The notes beneath the pieces were generated by a model that worked only from the letters and a program-made list of their open reading frames with translations, was not told the origin of the DNA and ran no database searches. From Desulfarculales bacterium UBA696 (lineage in GTDB: Bacteria > Desulfobacterota > Syntrophobacteria > Syntrophobacterales > Syntrophobacteraceae), in assembly GCA_002298995.1 (NCBI GenBank), contig DBMO01000046.1, positions 12,567 to 76,566 on the forward strand: 64,000 nucleotides of DNA, written 5' to 3'. Positions within the stretch are counted from its first letter, which is position 1. Each line of letters starts with the position of its first letter. The translations under genes were made by a program, and so were the position numbers. Of this stretch, positions 29,141 to 38,418 are shown in pieces.

Positions 29141-30391
29141 CTAGATCCGCTCGGCGTCGGTCAGAGCGGCTTTTCGCCTGCCGTTCCATGGTGCGAAGCG
29201 GGTCAGGAGCACTATTCCGGGGATTGCTCCAAGGGTGCTCACGGTGAAAAATGGCGCCCAACCGAGCATCTGGACCATTGCTCCGGATGGGGCGCCCGCC
29301 AGAATCGGCGTCGCCGCCATGAAGCTGGTAAGAAGTGCGTACTGGGTGGCGGTAAAGCGCTTATCGCAAAGGCTCATCATGAATGCGATAAAAGCGGCGT
29401 TGCCCATCCCGCCCGACAGGTTCTCGATCCCGATTGCCGCAATCATTGCCGGGTAGCTTTTCCCTATCATGGCCACCCCGGTAAAGGAGAGATTCGAGAG
29501 CGCCTGGAAGATGCCGAATATCCACAATGACTTATTGATCCCGATCCTTGCGACAACAGCCCCGCCCGCTAGGCTTCCCGCAATTGACGAAACAAGTCCA
29601 AAAGCCTTGTTGACCGTCCCCACGTCTGAGCGGGAGAACCCGATATCGAGCAGAAAAGGCGTGGTCATCGCACCGGCCAGGTCATATCCGAGCTTGTACA
29701 ACATGATAAAAAAGAGCATCTCGATTGCCCCGGCGCGCTTGAAGTAAGCAGAAAGCGGCCCCCAGACGGCTTCCCTGAGGCTTCTTGGCGGGTTGACCCT
29801 TATCTCTGGCTCGGGCGCTGCCAGGGTAAATACCACGCAAAGCAGCATTACTCCCGCTATCAGGGTATAAACTGATTCCCAGGGAATATGATCGGAGAGT
29901 ATCAGCGCGATGGCGCCGGACACCAGCATGGCCATCCGGTAGCCGACCACGCCGGTTGCGGCCCCCGGCCCCAGTTCTTTTTCGCGAAGGACGTCCGCCC
30001 GGTATGCGTCTATTGCTATGTCCTGGCTTGCGCTAAGGAAAGCGGTAAACAGGGCGATGCAGGCGGCAAGCATGGGGAAGGAACCGGGCGAGGATCGGCC
30101 CAGTCCCAAGATGCTGATGACCAGCATGATTTGCAGTGCTATAATCCAGCCTCGCCGCCTTCCGAGCCACGGGGGCGTGAACCTGTCCATCAACGGGGCC
30201 CAGAGCACCTTGAGAACGTAGGGCATTCCGACCAGGGAAAACAAGCCTATAACGCTCAGATCGACCTTCTCGGTCATGAGCCAGGCCTGGAGCGTCGAAC
30301 GGGAGAGGGCAAGCGGCAGCCCCGATGAGAAACCCAGGCCGAGAAGCCCAAGGACGCGCCTGTTGGTGTATAAAGCAAGCCAGTTTGCCAT
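29141..30391 (-). CDS. ampG: AmpG-family muropeptide MFS permease
   Basis: 416 aa, 12-TM-like, with N-terminus LGLGFSSGLPLALSRSTLQAWL typical of AmpG. Confidence 0.8.
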   Translation of the reverse strand: MANWLALYTNRRVLGLLGLGFSSGLPLALSRSTLQAWLMTEKVDLSVIGLFSLVGMPYVLKVLWAPLMDRFTPPWLGRRRGWIIALQIMLVISILGLGRSSPGSFPMLAACIALFTAFLSASQDIAIDAYRADVLREKELGPGAATGVVGYRMAMLVSGAIALILSDHIPWESVYTLIAGVMLLCVVFTLAAPEPEIRVNPPRSLREAVWGPLSAYFKRAGAIEMLFFIMLYKLGYDLAGAMTTPFLLDIGFSRSDVGTVNKAFGLVSSIAGSLAGGAVVARIGINKSLWIFGIFQALSNLSFTGVAMIGKSYPAMIAAIGIENLSGGMGNAAFIAFMMSLCDKRFTATQYALLTSFMAATPILAGAPSGAMVQMLGWAPFFTVSTLGAIPGIVLLTRFAPWNGRRKAALTDAERI

Positions 30392-30537
30392 TATTTCCCA
30401 ATCGGTGGATTAATTATGATCAGCCCCGGAGCGCAGTGTACTCTGAGACCGTTGACATGAACAAGTTCAAAACAGCCGGAAAAGACGGGCGCCCGGCAGG
30501 CATGGAGAAGATGTGAGACAGGAGTGATTGGAATTCC

Positions 30538-30559
30538 GTGGGGCAGGCTTCCCAGCCGG
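30538..30559. repeat. Dispersed short element, family A (degenerate copy)
   Basis: GTGGGGCAGGCTTCCCAGCCGG in the ampG/kamA-like divergent intergenic region. Confidence 0.55.
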
Positions 30560-30611
30560 CCGACTATCGGCCCGCATTTTTGCATATGTACAGGAAGGTT
30601 AGTGTGGCTTA

Positions 30612-31727
30612 GTGATTCAATTTGCCGATTTTGCCAAAAAGTGGTCCCTGGACGCCGGTCCTCTCGAAGCCGTTGACCGGGAACACCCGTTCAGGCTCAG
30701 CCGCCATTTCGAGGGTCTGATACACCGGGTGGGCGACCCGGTCTGGAAGCAGGTTGTGCCGGATATCAGGGAGCTTTCGGATCTCTCGGGGCTCGAAGAT
30801 CCCCTGGCTGAAGAAAGCCTCTCGCCGGTCCCCAACCTTGTCCACAGGTATCCCAACCGGGTGCTCTGGCTGGTATCTGACCGGTGCGCACTCCATTGCC
30901 GATTTTGCACACGCAAGAGGAAATGGCGCTGCGAGTCTTCCCCGCCCCCGACTGACTCGGCCGGCATGATGGAAAGCCGGCCCCACGCCAATGCCTCTCC
31001 CGGGACCTGCGGCCACGGCCCTGCCCTTCGCTACATCGCCGAAAACCCGGCAATTCAGGACGTGCTCCTTTCGGGCGGAGATCCCCTGCTTCTGCCTTTG
31101 CCGGAGATTGCCGAAATCTTGTTCAAGCTGAGGCAAATCAGGCATGTGAGGATAGTTAGAATCGGCACCCGCGTTCCCTGTGCCATGCCCGAACTGGTTA
31201 CGCCCGAGCTTGCCGCCCTTCTCGCGAAGTTCCACCCAATCTATGTGAATATCCACTGCAACCATCCCGCGGAACTCAGCCCCGAGGCCGAAAACGCATG
31301 CGGGCTCCTGGCCGATGCAGGCATTCCGCTGGGCAGCCAGACCGTACTGCTCAAGGATGTGAACGATGACGAAATGGTCCTTGGCGAGCTTTTTCACCGC
31401 CTGCTGGATATTCGCGTGCGCCCCTACTACCTGATGCAGATGGACCTTACTCGCGGGACCGCCCATTTCAGGACCCCGGTTGCAACAGGTTTGCGCATCT
31501 TGCGAAAGCTTCGCAACCATATATCCGGGCTGGCAATCCCGCATTTTGTGATCGACCTCCCGGGCGGCCACGGCAAAACGGCGCTCGTACCCGAAATGGT
31601 GCGCGAGATTGGAAAAGGGCGAATGATTGTGGAAAACTACCTCGGCAAGCCGGTGTCTTACCCGCTGCTGCAATCCGAAGAAGGCGAACTCGCCGAATTA
31701 GTAGAAAGAAGTGCCCGGCGTTCGTGA
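30612..31727 (+). CDS. KamA-family radical SAM aminomutase (lysine 2,3-aminomutase / EpmB-like)
   Basis: CALHCRFCTRKR (CxxxCxxC), SGGDPL, and GSQTVLLKDVNDD...YYLMQMDLTRGTAHFR. GTG start. A ~17-aa low-complexity insertion follows the cluster motif. Confidence 0.85.
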   Translation: MIQFADFAKKWSLDAGPLEAVDREHPFRLSRHFEGLIHRVGDPVWKQVVPDIRELSDLSGLEDPLAEESLSPVPNLVHRYPNRVLWLVSDRCALHCRFCTRKRKWRCESSPPPTDSAGMMESRPHANASPGTCGHGPALRYIAENPAIQDVLLSGGDPLLLPLPEIAEILFKLRQIRHVRIVRIGTRVPCAMPELVTPELAALLAKFHPIYVNIHCNHPAELSPEAENACGLLADAGIPLGSQTVLLKDVNDDEMVLGELFHRLLDIRVRPYYLMQMDLTRGTAHFRTPVATGLRILRKLRNHISGLAIPHFVIDLPGGHGKTALVPEMVREIGKGRMIVENYLGKPVSYPLLQSEEGELAELVERSARRS

Positions 31728-31859
31728 TTGGTTTCATGGCCCCTGCATTGATTTGGGATTTATGATCCTGCATCGATGGTCCGATAAATACCAGTGTCTA
31801 TACAGTCTTGATCTAATCCCTCACAGGCGTGAAAACCGTAGAACCCATGGAAAGACCAA

Positions 31860-32333
31860 ATGGAAAGAACCAATAACAGCGAGCCTTTCAAGGAGAGGCG
31901 CTCGGGCGTGGACAGGCGCGAGAAGCCGACTTCACCGCTCACGCGCAGCAGCCTTTTTGGCTCACGAAAGCATTATAGGCGAAAGGATGACAGAAGGAGG
32001 CACTATTTCGTCGACATCTACAGTCCTCTTGTCGTCTCGCTGTTTTTCGCAACCCTGGTGCTGTCGTGGCTCGATGCCCTCCTGACGCTCAAGCTGCTTG
32101 ATGCTCATTTCCAGGAACTTAATCCCGTAATGGATTTCTTTTTGAAAATGGGCCCCACCGCATTCATTCTTGTAAAATTGGCCATGACGTCTCTTGGACT
32201 GACCGTCCTGCTTGTCCTTAAAAACGTCTATCTCTGGCAGGGCAGGATAAAGACCGCGGTGCTTCTGGCGGTTTTCCCATTCCTTTACCTGGTGCTGATC
32301 GTCTACGAACTCGTGATGGTGATGAACCTATGA
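31860..32333 (+). CDS. DUF5658-like membrane protein with an Arg-rich N-terminus
   Basis: ERRSGVDRREK...RRKDDRRRH, followed by TM segments with WLDALLTLKLL...ELNPVM, a motif I associate with DUF5658. Confidence 0.55.
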   Translation: MERTNNSEPFKERRSGVDRREKPTSPLTRSSLFGSRKHYRRKDDRRRHYFVDIYSPLVVSLFFATLVLSWLDALLTLKLLDAHFQELNPVMDFFLKMGPTAFILVKLAMTSLGLTVLLVLKNVYLWQGRIKTAVLLAVFPFLYLVLIVYELVMVMNL

Positions 32334-33091
32334 ATCCATCCCGGCGAAAACCACATTCTTTTCGAGCCGCCCGGCCCCTCCTCTTTGCTGTTGCGTGCCT
32401 CGCGGTCTTACTGACCGGGTGCGCCCCGGGTTTTCGCGTTACCCCTCCCGGAGCAGCGAATTACCTGGAATCGCAAAAGCCCGGCTGGTGGTACGCATCT
32501 TTTAGTATTCGCTGGCCCGAAGGCGAAGATCCCTCGTTCTACATCGATACTATGATTGCCCACAAAGTGGCCGCCCCGGTGCTTGAAGAATTCAAGAAAG
32601 AAATCCCCCTGTGGCGATTCCACAGAAGGGCGGCCCGAGACCAGGCAGGGCATCGGTTCAGCCTGATTCTGTACTGCCCCCCGGACGTTGCGCGCAGGGC
32701 ATTTTCGGTGATCGAATCCAGCATAATGCTCGATGAAATGAAAACTGCCGGCGTGGTCCTGAAGGTTTCCTACGACGACACGAAGAAGATCTCGAAGCCG
32801 CAAATCGAGAGCACAAGCGACAAGGCTTGGTCGAAACCATTACAGAGGTCCTGGCCATGGTTCATAATGGGAGTCAGCGAGACGTGGCTCGACCTAATAG
32901 ACCAGTACGCCAATGACGGCCGCCACAAGCCACTCACCATGGACGAGATGATCGAGTTCTACCGTGGAGTCGATAAATCCGTAACAGAAGCCTGGATGAA
33001 GGAAGGCGCCCACGCATTCCTCCACCACCTGAACGCCCTTTTCGGCTACGAACCGGTAACGGTCCAGGGGAAATACCCCCTAAGGTTCTAA
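32330..33091 (+). CDS. Putative lipoprotein, function unknown
   Basis: ATGA overlap with the preceding gene. Signal peptide ...AVLLTGC carries a lipobox. Confidence 0.6.
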   Translation: MNPSRRKPHSFRAARPLLFAVACLAVLLTGCAPGFRVTPPGAANYLESQKPGWWYASFSIRWPEGEDPSFYIDTMIAHKVAAPVLEEFKKEIPLWRFHRRAARDQAGHRFSLILYCPPDVARRAFSVIESSIMLDEMKTAGVVLKVSYDDTKKISKPQIESTSDKAWSKPLQRSWPWFIMGVSETWLDLIDQYANDGRHKPLTMDEMIEFYRGVDKSVTEAWMKEGAHAFLHHLNALFGYEPVTVQGKYPLRF

Positions 33092-33168
33092 GACAAGAAT
33101 TTTCAGGGAAAACGGATGTTTTGCAGTTGCGCTCCACCCAACCCGGGTTTGCCAACATTTGTGTCCGG

Positions 33169-33708
33169 CTAAATCCTTATCAGAAACCCGTCACGCCTGT
33201 GAAAATCCGGTCGCGGGCCGCTGTGCGAAAGCGACCAGTAGGAGAGTTTGCCTTCCGGATTTTTTATAACCACGCTGAGTCCGGCCTCCAATTGCGCGTC
33301 GGCGGGAACGATCTTTCCGAGGTCGATATCAACCGAGATCGCATGGCAGCCGCCATCATCATCTACCCGGATCGGGAGCAACGAAAATGCCTTCTCCTCA
33401 CGCATCCCTTCCCGGTATGAGTCGAAACGGAAGACGTTCCAGTCGCCGGAGGGTGAGAGGTTGAATTCCCAGTAATTTTCAAATTCTCGGCGGGCTAGAA
33501 AAATTTCGAAGCAGGTATCCCCCCAGAGGCCGTTTTTGCGAAGGGGGACCTCTGCTTGGGGCGGAACGACAACAGAGGCTATACCTCCGGACAGTTCCCA
33601 TGAAACAAAAAGTATGCTGCCGGATCTATCAGCAGTACAGCGGATTTCAAGGCCACCCGGAACATCCGCGCCGGGGAAGGATTCGAGCAAAAACTCGCGG
33701 CCGCTCAC
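33169..33708 (-). CDS. DOMON/CBM9-like domain protein
   Basis: WGDTCFEIFLA...YWEFNLSPSGDWNVF resembles carbohydrate-binding family 9 / DOMON-like folds. 4-nt overlap with the upstream kinase gene. Confidence 0.45.
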   Translation of the reverse strand: MSGREFLLESFPGADVPGGLEIRCTADRSGSILFVSWELSGGIASVVVPPQAEVPLRKNGLWGDTCFEIFLARREFENYWEFNLSPSGDWNVFRFDSYREGMREEKAFSLLPIRVDDDGGCHAISVDIDLGKIVPADAQLEAGLSVVIKNPEGKLSYWSLSHSGPRPDFHRRDGFLIRI

Positions 33709-34826
33709 CCCATCTCCTTTACGATGCGGCGAATGACGGTTTCCTGTGACTCGATACTTGCCGTAAGCCGAAACTGGACGAGCGCCCTCGCAAGGTTATG
33801 TCCCTCGCGGGCCACTTTGAAATATGGATTTCCTTCGAGGTGGTCGGTAAAGAATCTCATACCCAGTTCGAAAGCAATCAGGCGCACCGCATCGAATATA
33901 AATTCACGCTCTACCGGCGCGAGAAATTCACCAGCCGCCGAATAATAGCCCTGAAGTACCGCCCGGCACAGGTCGGGATCGAAGCGCACATCGCCCTCGC
34001 CGCCATCTTCTCCTCCGGGGTTGCACGATGAGCGCAGGCAATCTCCGATATCGTAGTGGAGAAGGCCCGGCTTGACCGTGTCCAGGTCGATGATGGCAAC
34101 CGCCCGCCGGGTCTTTGCATCGATCAGTATATTGTTGGCCTTCGGGTCTCCGTGGATGGGGCGAAGGCCGAGCGCGCCCCGTGCTCTTGCCCCTTCCAGG
34201 ACCTGCGCCAACGCCCTTCGGGAATTTATGAAATCGATACAGAAGCGGACCTCGGGAGATAAACTTGGTTTTGCAGCCGCCAGGACTTGATCGTATCGGC
34301 CAAGATATAGCGGAGTTACATGGAAGCCTTCAAGCGTATCGGAAAGCTTCCCGGCGGGCAGGTCCCGAATAAGGGAGTGAAAAGTTCCGACCGCCCACCC
34401 AACTTCCCGTGCATGAACCTCATCGCGAACGGAATCGATTGACTCCGCGCCCTCGATAAAGCTCATTGCCCGCCAGAAAGACCCTGAAGAATCAATCCAA
34501 TGATCGCTTAAGTCAGGGGTGAGGAGTATGCGAGGTATTTCCCATCTCCGGCCCTGCTCCGGGTCAAAGGTTTCCATGCGTCTCAGGACGTGGTCGGACA
34601 AAACGCGGAGGTTTCGCATCACGAGTTGCGGCCTTCGAAATACATGCGTATTCAGGCGCTGTAGAACAAATGGCTTATGCTCGCCCGCGGGCTCAACCAG
34701 AAAGGTGTCATTTACGTTGCCTCTGCCGAATTCGCTAACATCGGCTATCGGGCAATCACAAAACCGGCCTGCTGCTGCAATGGCGTTGTCCTCTCCCCGG
34801 CCCCTTGCGCCAAATTCGTGTGTCAT
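33705..34826 (-). CDS. APH-family phosphotransferase (possibly a sugar/N-acetylhexosamine kinase)
   Basis: Kinase catalytic loop IHGDPKANNILID and IIDLDT (Mg site), 373 aa. Confidence 0.7.
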   Translation of the reverse strand: MTHEFGARGRGEDNAIAAAGRFCDCPIADVSEFGRGNVNDTFLVEPAGEHKPFVLQRLNTHVFRRPQLVMRNLRVLSDHVLRRMETFDPEQGRRWEIPRILLTPDLSDHWIDSSGSFWRAMSFIEGAESIDSVRDEVHAREVGWAVGTFHSLIRDLPAGKLSDTLEGFHVTPLYLGRYDQVLAAAKPSLSPEVRFCIDFINSRRALAQVLEGARARGALGLRPIHGDPKANNILIDAKTRRAVAIIDLDTVKPGLLHYDIGDCLRSSCNPGGEDGGEGDVRFDPDLCRAVLQGYYSAAGEFLAPVEREFIFDAVRLIAFELGMRFFTDHLEGNPYFKVAREGHNLARALVQFRLTASIESQETVIRRIVKEMG

Positions 34827-35011
34827 TAAATTCCTCGAATTCCGGAGTGTAAAAGGCGAAATGCTCCCTTAACCGTGGAGATTTCGCGACGCATATCACT
34901 GCAACATGGAATTTATACCTAAATTGGAGTATGTAGGAGCGTTTGCCGGAAGTCAACTCCGTCAAACCGAATGAGTTATTGCTGGTTATCTTTTAAAGGA
35001 GTCATCGAGAC

Positions 35012-35614
35012 GTGCTGCGTAAAGCATTCTTACTGGTTTTAACTTTTTGCTGCGCCTTGGCCATGCAAAGCATCGCCAGGGCCGATGAGGAGCAAGCCGT
35101 GGAACAATCCAAAAATCCCGTTGTGATAATGAAGACCTCCGAAGGGACAATCAAGATCGAACTCTGGGCCGACAAAGCGCCGGCAACCGTAAAGAACTTT
35201 CTTGAGTACGTCGACGAGGGCTTCTACGACGGGACGATTTTTCACCGGGTAATCGATAATTTTATGATCCAGGGCGGAGGATTCACTCCGGAGATGAAGC
35301 AGAAATCTCCCCATCCGCCGGTTAAGAACGAGGCGTCGGCTGAACTCAGAAACGATACCGGCACAATCGCGATGGCCCGCACAAATGAGGTCAATAGCGC
35401 AACGTCGCAGTTCTTCATCAACGTAGTTAACAACAACTCTCTTAACCATATGGACGAGACTCCGCCAGGATTCGGATATGCCGTTTTCGGCAAGGTGATG
35501 GACGGAATGGACGTGGTAAACAAGATCAAGAAAGTCCCGACGACCAGGGTCTCCATGTTTCAGGACGTCCCCGCCAAGCCCGTGGTGATAGAGAGCGTAA
35601 AGCGCGAGCAGTAG
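35012..35614 (+). CDS. ppiA: Periplasmic cyclophilin-type peptidyl-prolyl isomerase
   Basis: Signal peptide, then FHRVIDNFMIQGGGF and SATSQFFIN. Confidence 0.9.
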   Translation: MLRKAFLLVLTFCCALAMQSIARADEEQAVEQSKNPVVIMKTSEGTIKIELWADKAPATVKNFLEYVDEGFYDGTIFHRVIDNFMIQGGGFTPEMKQKSPHPPVKNEASAELRNDTGTIAMARTNEVNSATSQFFINVVNNNSLNHMDETPPGFGYAVFGKVMDGMDVVNKIKKVPTTRVSMFQDVPAKPVVIESVKREQ

Positions 35615-35656
35615 AGCATTAATATGGAGGTAATATGGGATAAGACTTTCCCTGCA

Positions 35657-35679
35657 TGTGGGGACAGGCTTTCCATCTG
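35657..35679. repeat. Dispersed short element, family A (degenerate copy)
   Basis: TGTGGGGACAGGCTTTCCATCTG. Confidence 0.5.
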
Positions 35680-35711
35680 AATTCCTTCAATCAATGGGCC
35701 ATAAACAGACT

Positions 35712-35747
35712 GGGGGAACGGTTTTGAACCGTTCCCCCTTCTTTCTT
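35712..35747 (+). terminator. Rho-independent terminator after ppiA
   Basis: GGGGGAACGG-ttttgaa-CCGTTCCCCC followed by TTCTTTCTT. Confidence 0.75.
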
Positions 35748-35765
35748 ACGATTTCTCAGGTCGGT

Positions 35766-36839
35766 CTATCCGATCTTGGTAACACTTTCGTTTTGCGCTT
35801 TTGTCCCAACCACACCAAGTCCAGCCGCGGGAATTTCAGGAGCGCTCACCAACTCCCTGGCAAAGAACCTGTAAACCCAGACCTGGTAGGCAATCACCAC
35901 CGGAACGAAGGTCAATGCCACCCCCAGCATGATCTTCAGGGTCAGGGGGCTCGATGCCGAGTTAAACGCGGTCAGGCTGAACGCCGGGTTTATGCTCGAT
36001 AGAAGCATATTCGGGTATAGCCCGGTAACCCCGAACAGGGTTACCATGATGATGAAAACGGCCGATGAAAACCAGGCTTTCAGCCACTCGGATTTTGCGA
36101 TAAAGACTCGGATGGTGAAAAGTGCGGCGACCGCTGCGAGTGGAATCACTGCAAGCACCGGCATTTTCAGGTAATTATCGTATAGGCGTGTGCTGAACCA
36201 GGTAGCCGCGAGAAATATCACGGCCATGGCGGCAAGCGCGGTCCAGACCCGGGCGGCAACCAGTCCGCTCCTTTTCCTGAGGTCTCCTTCGGACTTGATC
36301 GTGAGCCAAAGGGAGCCGTGTACCAGGAACATCAGAACGAAAAGGACGCCCCCCATCAGGCCGTAGAAGTTCAGGAGCGACAACAGGCTTCCATGGTAAA
36401 CTCCCTGCCCATCGATAAGTATCCCGCGGAAAAGGTTCGCGAATGCCACCCCGAAAAGGAGTCCAGGGGCGAAGTTGCCTATCCAAAGGCAATAATCCCA
36501 GAATCTCTTCCATCCGCTGCTTGCGAAGTTAGACCGGAACTCCATCGCGACTCCGCGAACGATAAGCGCGAAAAGGATCAGAAGAAGCGCCGAGTAGAGG
36601 CTGCTAAACATGACGGCGTATGTTTTGGGAAACGCGGCGAAGGTGACTCCGCCCGCCGTTATCAGCCAGACCTCGTTCCCATTCCAGTAAGGCCCCATGC
36701 TTTTGTAGACAGCGCGCCGGTCTGCTTCATCCTTTGCAATGAAAGGCATGAGGGTGCCGATTCCAAAATCAAAACCGTCCAGGGCGAAGTAGGCGGCCCA
36801 GAGAATTCCCCATAGTGCAAACCAGATCGTCTCAAGCAT
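35766..36839 (-). CDS. cydB: Cytochrome bd oxidase subunit II
   Basis: MLETIWFALWGILWAAYFALDGFDFGIG N-terminus. 8-nt overlap with the cydA stop. Confidence 0.9.
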   Translation of the reverse strand: MLETIWFALWGILWAAYFALDGFDFGIGTLMPFIAKDEADRRAVYKSMGPYWNGNEVWLITAGGVTFAAFPKTYAVMFSSLYSALLLILFALIVRGVAMEFRSNFASSGWKRFWDYCLWIGNFAPGLLFGVAFANLFRGILIDGQGVYHGSLLSLLNFYGLMGGVLFVLMFLVHGSLWLTIKSEGDLRKRSGLVAARVWTALAAMAVIFLAATWFSTRLYDNYLKMPVLAVIPLAAVAALFTIRVFIAKSEWLKAWFSSAVFIIMVTLFGVTGLYPNMLLSSINPAFSLTAFNSASSPLTLKIMLGVALTFVPVVIAYQVWVYRFFARELVSAPEIPAAGLGVVGTKAQNESVTKIG

Positions 36840-38166
36840 ATTCCACCTCCGCTGCCGCCGCGCCGCCGAGTTCCGGCCCTCTGCGGGCATGACGCGATAT
36901 CAGGTAGAAAGCGACCAGGCCAAGGAAGCTATAGACCACTATGAAGGCGGCAAGGGATATCCCCACCTGAGATGCGGCTATGGGCGATACCGCCTGTTGG
37001 GTTTTCATCGTACCGTAGACGACCCAGGGCTGACGTCCCACCTCGGTTAGCATCCAGCCCATTTCGCAGGCGAGATAGGGCAGTGGGATCGAATAGACCA
37101 GGACTTTTAGCAGCAGGGGCTTCTCAGCGATATATTTTCTGGACGCCCAGGCAAAGCTGGTCAGGAACAGGAAAAAGAAGCCAAGCCCAACCATTATTCT
37201 GAACCCGATAAAGGGAATCATTACAGGGGGCCGCTCGGAGGGCGGAAAACTCTTGAGGCCTTTTACTTCGGCTTTTGCATCATGAAAGGCAAGCGTGCTC
37301 AGCCCGCCCGGAATTTCGCCGAATTCGACGAGGTTGCGCTCATTTTGCGGGTCTGGTACCACAAACAGGAATTGAGGGGCATTGGTCTGAGTGTTCCAGA
37401 AAGATTCCATGGCGGCGAGCTTGGTCGGCTGATATTTGGCAACGATTGCACCGTTCATGTGTCCCTGGACGATCAGTACAATGGCGAAAACGAGTCCAAA
37501 AGTTACAGCCACCCTGAATGACTTGGTAAAAAAGGTGACGTTCTGTTTTCTCAAAAGGTGCCAGGCGCTTACGCCCATTACGAAAAAGGAGCCCACAATG
37601 TATGCGGCCGAAAGCGTATGGGCAATGGCGTACCAGGCAAAAGGCTGAAAGATTACGGCCAGGAAGTCCGTAAGCTCGGCCCTTCCGTTTCTGATGGTAA
37701 ACCCGACAGGGTGCTGCATCCAGGAATTGGCTATGAGGATCCACACGGCCGAGACGCTTGAAGCCAGGGCAACCAGCCAGATGGATATCGCGTGCGCCTT
37801 GGGCGAGAGCCGGTTCCAGCCGAAAGCCCAAACCGCGATGAAGGTGGATTCCAGGAAGAAGGAGACCGTGGCCTCGATTGCCAGCAGCGATCCGAAAATG
37901 TCTCCCACATATTCGGAATACCGCGACCAGTTTGTCCCGAACTGGAATTCGAGCGTGATACCGGTAACCACTCCGATGGCAAAGTTTATGAGAAAAATCT
38001 TTCCCCAGAACTTTGCCATATTCTTGTAGTCTTCATCTCCCGTCCTGACGTAAATCGTTTCCATAATCGCTATAAGAATAGAAAGCCCCAGGGTGAGGGG
38101 CACGAACAGGAAGTGGAAAAATGTGGCCGATGCGAACTGTAGTCGAGATAGCATCAGGGTGTCCAT
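36832..38166 (-). CDS. cydA: Cytochrome bd oxidase subunit I
   Basis: LSRLQFASATFFHFLFVPLTLG..., plus GWMLTEVGRQPW (Q-loop/haem region). Confidence 0.9.
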   Translation of the reverse strand: MDTLMLSRLQFASATFFHFLFVPLTLGLSILIAIMETIYVRTGDEDYKNMAKFWGKIFLINFAIGVVTGITLEFQFGTNWSRYSEYVGDIFGSLLAIEATVSFFLESTFIAVWAFGWNRLSPKAHAISIWLVALASSVSAVWILIANSWMQHPVGFTIRNGRAELTDFLAVIFQPFAWYAIAHTLSAAYIVGSFFVMGVSAWHLLRKQNVTFFTKSFRVAVTFGLVFAIVLIVQGHMNGAIVAKYQPTKLAAMESFWNTQTNAPQFLFVVPDPQNERNLVEFGEIPGGLSTLAFHDAKAEVKGLKSFPPSERPPVMIPFIGFRIMVGLGFFFLFLTSFAWASRKYIAEKPLLLKVLVYSIPLPYLACEMGWMLTEVGRQPWVVYGTMKTQQAVSPIAASQVGISLAAFIVVYSFLGLVAFYLISRHARRGPELGGAAAAEVEYA

Positions 38167-38240
38167 TGGCACACTCTCCTTTTCTTCAATAAACACCAAA
38201 AGTTCATGTACTGGTATTTGTATCCGGATAATTTGATCGT

Positions 38241-38309
38241 GTGCGGGGCAGGCTTTCCAGCCTATGGGCCGGCCGGAGCTAAAGGCCCGGCTCGAAAATC
38301 CTGCCCCAC
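38241..38309. repeat. Family A element forming a long imperfect hairpin between rbr and cydA
   Basis: GTGCGGGGCAGGCTTTCCAGCC...CCTGCCCCAC. The outer arms GGGGCAGG/CCTGCCCC enclose the CCGGCC...GGCCCGGC inner pairing. Confidence 0.6.
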
Positions 38310-38418
38310 ATCCTAATCACTCAGTTAAATTTTTCCAGAGGGTCCGGACCGTTAAGTATCCACACCGGAATCCCCGAACTAATTATTGGGGGGTGCCGCC
38401 CATGACGGGGATCGGAAC

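Noticed and set aside
30609-31673. 354-aa minus-strand ORF fully overlapping the KamA-family gene
   Set aside because: The plus-strand frame carries the CxxxCxxC radical SAM and SGGDPL motifs. The antisense translation has no recognisable features and an atypical composition, so it is a shadow ORF.
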